Assembly (NCBI GenBank): GCA_000320545.1
Contig: ADNK01002621.1
Span: 63,624-127,623, forward strand
Direction of reading: 5' to 3'
Source of the DNA: Bigelowiella natans CCMP2755
Taxonomy: Eukaryota > Protista > Cercozoa
DNA: 64,000 nucleotides
The translations under genes were made by a program, and so were the position numbers. The notes beneath the pieces were generated by a model, which was not told the DNA's origin, did not search any database, and worked only from the letters and a program-made list of their open reading frames with translations. Position 1 is the first letter of the stretch. Each line of letters opens with the position of its first letter. Shown here piece by piece: positions 58,942 through 64,000 of the stretch.

Positions 58942-59663
58942 TAGAGTTCGGATGCAATACTAGTAGCACAACAACTAGTACTAGTATTAGTACTACTATA
59001 GGGTTTGGTGTAAGTTGAAGATTGAGGATGTGTGAGCAAGTACTAGTCTATTACTAATGTGTATGTACCTTCGAGAGTGTAAGTGTATTTGAGTTTCGAT
59101 CAAAATTTACATTGCTTTCATCCGCCTGAAGTGGTAGTAAGTAGTTCAAACAGCACACACAACACAACACACACAACACAACACACACACACACACACAC
59201 ACACACACATTCACACACTATGCTACAATAAATCTGGTTAACAAAATGAAAAGCTTATTATTACACAGAACGATTCTGTGGCCGCTTGAAGTCCCATTTC
59301 AAGAGCATTTCCGGTGTACACTCTTATCGCAGGGCAGCTCTTAGCCCCACAGTTGAGAGCAAAGTGAATACGAGGGTCAGGAGGAGAAATTACCTTCAGG
59401 GGTTATTCAAAGAGACAACAGCAGGATGAATACAAAATAATGTGCACTTGTCTTGTTTTCCCAATTCCTCCATAAATGTTCCGAGGTAGCAGTATTATTT
59501 TAAGATTCTCAAGATTGCATGAGGTGTTTGCGTGTATGTGTTTGTGTGAAACAACAACAACTACTACTACAAGCCCAACACCACGACTACAATCAACTGG
59601 TGCTGCTGCTACTGCTTCTTCTATGCCTATTACTAAGCCTACTCTTACTGCTACTACTACTAC

Positions 59664-59696
<33 letters not shown>

Positions 59697-60129
59697 GCGA
59701 CAGTCGCGGATCTCCTCCCTTGAAAGGTCCTTTTCAAGCGTAGAATTAATTTATTCGTGGTGGGTGCATGTGTATATGTGAGAATAATTTTTTTGGTATC
59801 TTGTAGGAACTACTAGCAGACATATATCTTTCATATACCCTTCTATCTTGCATCTTGCAGGCTCATAATACAGCTATTGTTGTAGTATTCTACACGAACA
59901 ATACCACTACTACTAGTACTAGTACTCTACCAGTAGGTTTTGTGAAAGGTAGCTGAACAGATGCAGGAGATGGACGATTACCACGTAATACACCGTTTCT
60001 AAAGGGGGGAGGAGGAGGAGGATGCAGATTACAATAGCAATTTAGCGTTTTTCTGTTTTCTAAACACTACCATCTTCTCCGTCAACAACAAAAACAGCAG
60101 CTCTTACTTCATTAATAACAACTTTTGCT

Positions 60130-60175
<46 letters not shown>

Positions 60176-61242
60176 TCGTCCCACTACTACTGCTATAACT
60201 ACTACTACTACTACTACTACTACACTACTCGATATCGTTGCAAGAATATTCATTCCCAGCAATCACATATTTAGCTTCCCCATAGAACAACATACGCGCG
60301 GCCAAATTTCTAGATAAGTACCAACATGTGAATAGAGGGGTTAAGGAGTAGTTAGCGGTTTGGAGATGGAGGGAGAGAAGATTAAAAAGGCAAGAAAGAT
60401 GACTAGTAGGTAGCCCAATCATCACTAAGGGTGGTAGCAGTTGGTACTGCTTATCACATATTCGGTATCATATACTGTGCGTCTAAGTCCGCTCTAAATC
60501 GATCGAGTAATAGACGTATTCTCGCTAGTTTTTCTAAACATTATCATTGTCATCGCTATCATCATCATCATCACCATCCAGGCAGCCTGCATACCCCCCG
60601 CATTACTTATGTACTTAAAACACGTGTCGTTGTCGTCGTTGTCTTCTATAACAAGCAAACGTACGGTGGGGGCCCTCGAGCTGTCATCGCATGGACAATC
60701 AAGACATTATAGATATTGATGTAGAAGGCCATCCTCTCATCTAAGAAGAAACAACAATTCATTTCTTCATTTGCGTGCTAACAGAGGAATAATTATAAAT
60801 ATGCGTGTGTGCGTGTGTGTGTGTGTATGTGTGTGTAAGGAGTATATTGATACCTCGTGAGAGAACAGCTGGGTCACTCTTAGCAAGTTGATGTGAGAGA
60901 CGTACAATATCACCAAAAGCTGGATCCTTAGCCAACGCTTTGTAATCGATTGCTTTACCCCTGGTAACCAAACACCACCTCCATCATCTTACCATCATTC
61001 AAATGCGCTAATTATAAAATGCTCACAACACAATGTCAGCGGCAGCAAGAATAGCATGAATGGCTCGTCATTCTCCTCGTGATTAGTCTTTTCAAATGTT
61101 TGTCCTCCTCCTTCATCCTTTGGCGGCTAAAAAACGACTAGGATGAAATAGATCAAGTGTTAGTACCCCTCTCGGCCATGAGAATCCAATAGTTGGGACA
61201 TCCCTCTCTGCAGCAACTCTGAAATCTTTACGTAAAAGAACA

Positions 61243-61279
<37 letters not shown>

Positions 61280-61984
61280 GGGTCAGGCATAGATCGGAGA
61301 TACCATCATCATCATAGTGGGTGTTAGAGCAAGCAGGAAGAAAGGAAGCAAGAGCACGCAAAACTACAAGGATGATACGACGCTGATGCGAAAGTACAGA
61401 AGGAAAATGAAGAAGAGACGACGGCGGGTGATATTTACAAACAATTTCGACACAATACGATTCTTGTCATCATTTAATCACAAAAATATCACAACTAATG
61501 ATGATTATGATGATGATCACGTGTGATCACCATCATCGTCATCGTCATTATTGTGACCTGAGAGGGCGGGAGAACATGCCCTTTCCATTCGAAACATGAG
61601 TTTATGGCCTCACCTACTCTCGATAGCCCCACCATACCAGAATCAACAAGGATGACAACAACAACAACAACGACCAACGATGGGGAAGATGAGAGAGCAG
61701 GAGGAAGAAGAGGAGGAGGAGGAGGAGAGGTATTCATTTCTTTTATCACCTCTTTTGGGAGGGGGAGGGTTCGTGGTGAATATTAGCTTTCCTCCCTTGG
61801 TCTCAGCCATGAGGTTGCTGTGAATCAACTCCTCTAACATTCCTTCGATATCAACATGATCATCTTTCTCTGGCAGGTGTTTATGCTGATGAATCAGGGC
61901 CTCAAGAACTTCGTTGCGGCTCAGTTCCGGATGTGCATCGGTGGGGGTGATGAACACTATCACCATGACATAAATGGATAGATC

Positions 61985-62022
<38 letters not shown>

Positions 62023-63583
62023 GAAAGATGGTAAGTAAGAGTAAGAATGAGGATGATAATGGTTGCAATCATATTTGTAATAGTGCAATGTTGTGAATAT
62101 TGTCAATTCTCCCTGGACACCATCTACATAGTACTACCTGTTTTGAGCTTGTCCCATGAAATGAGAATTTGCTCAGATACATCTCGGTATGCTAGCGCCA
62201 CTATCTTCTCCTTAGCATCGCCAACTCGAAGCTTTTCAATCGTTGGTGCGGGCAAAATTTTGGATTTATCAGCAGCAGAGAAGAAGCTTTTTCTTCCTCC
62301 TCCCTCTGACTGATCATCGTTATCAGATTTAACTAGAAGTGATATTGTGGCCTCGCCATCACCGACAAATGCCCCTCCCACAAACACCTGGGGCACCGTT
62401 TTGAGGCCACTTACGCTGGATAAAGACGCCAGCAACGAAGGATCATTAGAGACCTAAGTAATACACGCAACACAAACACAAACACATAAACACACACAAA
62501 CACATACACACCTATTTAAAAGGGTGGTGTCTGTGAATACGCAAAACGACTGCACAACAATCATGCACAAGCACGTCATCAGCAATCATTATCATCACCA
62601 CCACCACCCCCATCAAGCATTATAACCAACCACGCAAAATTCGAACCGATAACTCCTCAAAAGGGATCCCACGTTGTGACATCCTGAGAAGTAGTAATAT
62701 GACAATCAAGATGTACAAACCACCTGCTTTTGCTGTGTCAGCCTATTGAAGATAATAGAAATTATATGCACAACTATCATTTCTGTGTTCTGGGCGAGGT
62801 GTTTTCTTACGCTTCTTTCGTTCTTTTGCAGAATTTACAGCCTTTACTTGTCACGATCTGAACCACCACCTACCAACATCATTATTACCATCATTACTAT
62901 AGTTCTATTACTATCATTATTATTCATGTGAATCAAAGTTGCTATCTGCAACCGGTCCCGACACTACCACCAGTATCTCATGAGTGTATCTCCTCTCTAC
63001 TATCACCTCCTCAGGGTCTGACCGTCCAGCTTCAGCGTCAACAGCGTGGCATTTTCGATCCCCCAGTTGTTGCTGTTGTAGCTGAGGATAACGATGCTGC
63101 TTCCTTGTAGCCGTTGTCATCTGATCCCAGCCTACAAATAAACAGTGGTATAGCATAGTTATGATCATTCTTCTTATATCTGCCTACTGCACAATGTTAG
63201 CCAAGTTCTTTTTTTTTAAATGAAAGTTCCATTGTTGAATGTAATACGAGCGAGGAATGATGATTATTATGATGGTGATAATGATCAATATGGGTTATCA
63301 TTGCTCCCGTAGTCCCAAAAAGTGAGGCGCTATATGGTCCTCATTTCGAGCGTTCAATTCGAGTATTATTCGGCAGTATCTTCCTACCTCTCCCCACGTG
63401 CAACCATCGAGAAGCAGCCCATCGGGTTGTTCGAGTTTGTGGAGAAACGGAGGATCTTGATCTTCTCAATGGAGGATGAGAAAGAAGATGTGCAACCTGC
63501 TGGGGGCAAATGATAATTTCCAGGAATGTAGCCAGACCGAACAGAAGGAGGAATGGTCGTGCCTGAGCCACGAGGGCCTTCAT
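58258..63583 (-). CDS. Glutaredoxin + DUF547 protein with bipartite plastid-type presequence (multi-exon)
   Basis: Presequence MKALVAQARPFLLLFGLATFLEIIIC followed by an R/S/T-rich segment. Glutaredoxin: IVTSKGCKFCKRTKEA..KTVPQVFVGGAFVG. DUF547: IDYKAL, ERMAFYINIYNVLIVHA, GVLRGNR, DPRIHFALNCGAKSCPAI, LSKIFQWYRPDFG, DYNWDLN. Confidence 0.88.
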
Positions 63584-64000
63584 TGTGTTTTGTTCACCGA
63601 CAGAGAGCCTTGATTAGAAACTATTGTTAGTCAGTTCCTCATTTATTTAGTTAGTGAAGCAAGTCGCATCCTTGACTGCCCAGCTACAAGCATTCACAAA
63701 GAAGTAGCACGAGTTAAAGTGAGTCACCAGCTGTGGTGTGGTAGGATCGTAAATGATGATGATGATGATGATGATGATGATGGTGATGATGATGGCACTT
63801 CTTCTTTTAGATCTACTTCTTCTTTTTCTTCTTCTTTCTTCTTCTTCTTCTTCTTCTTCTTCTTTCTTCTTCTTCTTCTTCTTCTTCTTCTTCTTCTTCA
63901 TGAACACCTGCGTATATACATATTTATATATCCTAATATCCATATCAATAAATATATATATATATATATATACATATATAATAAATATTTATAATATTCC

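Overview
This is eukaryotic nuclear DNA: intron-rich (GT-AG), gene-dense, standard genetic code, with microsatellite-laden introns. Three genes carry signal-peptide plus transit-peptide presequences, which suggests an alga with a secondary plastid. The presequence style resembles chlorarachniophytes (inference). Most ORFs in the supplied track are microsatellite artefacts. Splicing by hand gives about 15 protein genes: a WRN-type 3'-5' exonuclease, a THUMPD3-like tRNA methyltransferase, a CCT-like+SAM protein, prenylcysteine oxidase, RPS24, NOB1, a thylakoid FKBP, an EF-hand/Cys-rich metallophosphoesterase, a putative GGCT-LCM methyltransferase fusion, a NO66/RIOX JmjC hydroxylase, an NnrU-family protein, a plastid M41-like HExxH protein, an FG/SUMO-like/TPR/GLEBS protein, an HMG-box/Tudor protein and a glutaredoxin-DUF547 protein. 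Three things stand out. (1) All 15 genes alternate strand, forming head-to-head pairs. (2) Every tail-to-tail spacer carries a palindromic signature (CATGCTAGCATG, (CTAG)n, CACATCTAG) that is essentially absent from the head-to-head spacers. (3) One nucleoporin-like protein joins FG repeats, an internal SUMO-like domain, TPRs and a Nup98-type GLEBS motif. Gene coordinates span introns, and exon structures are manual and approximate.
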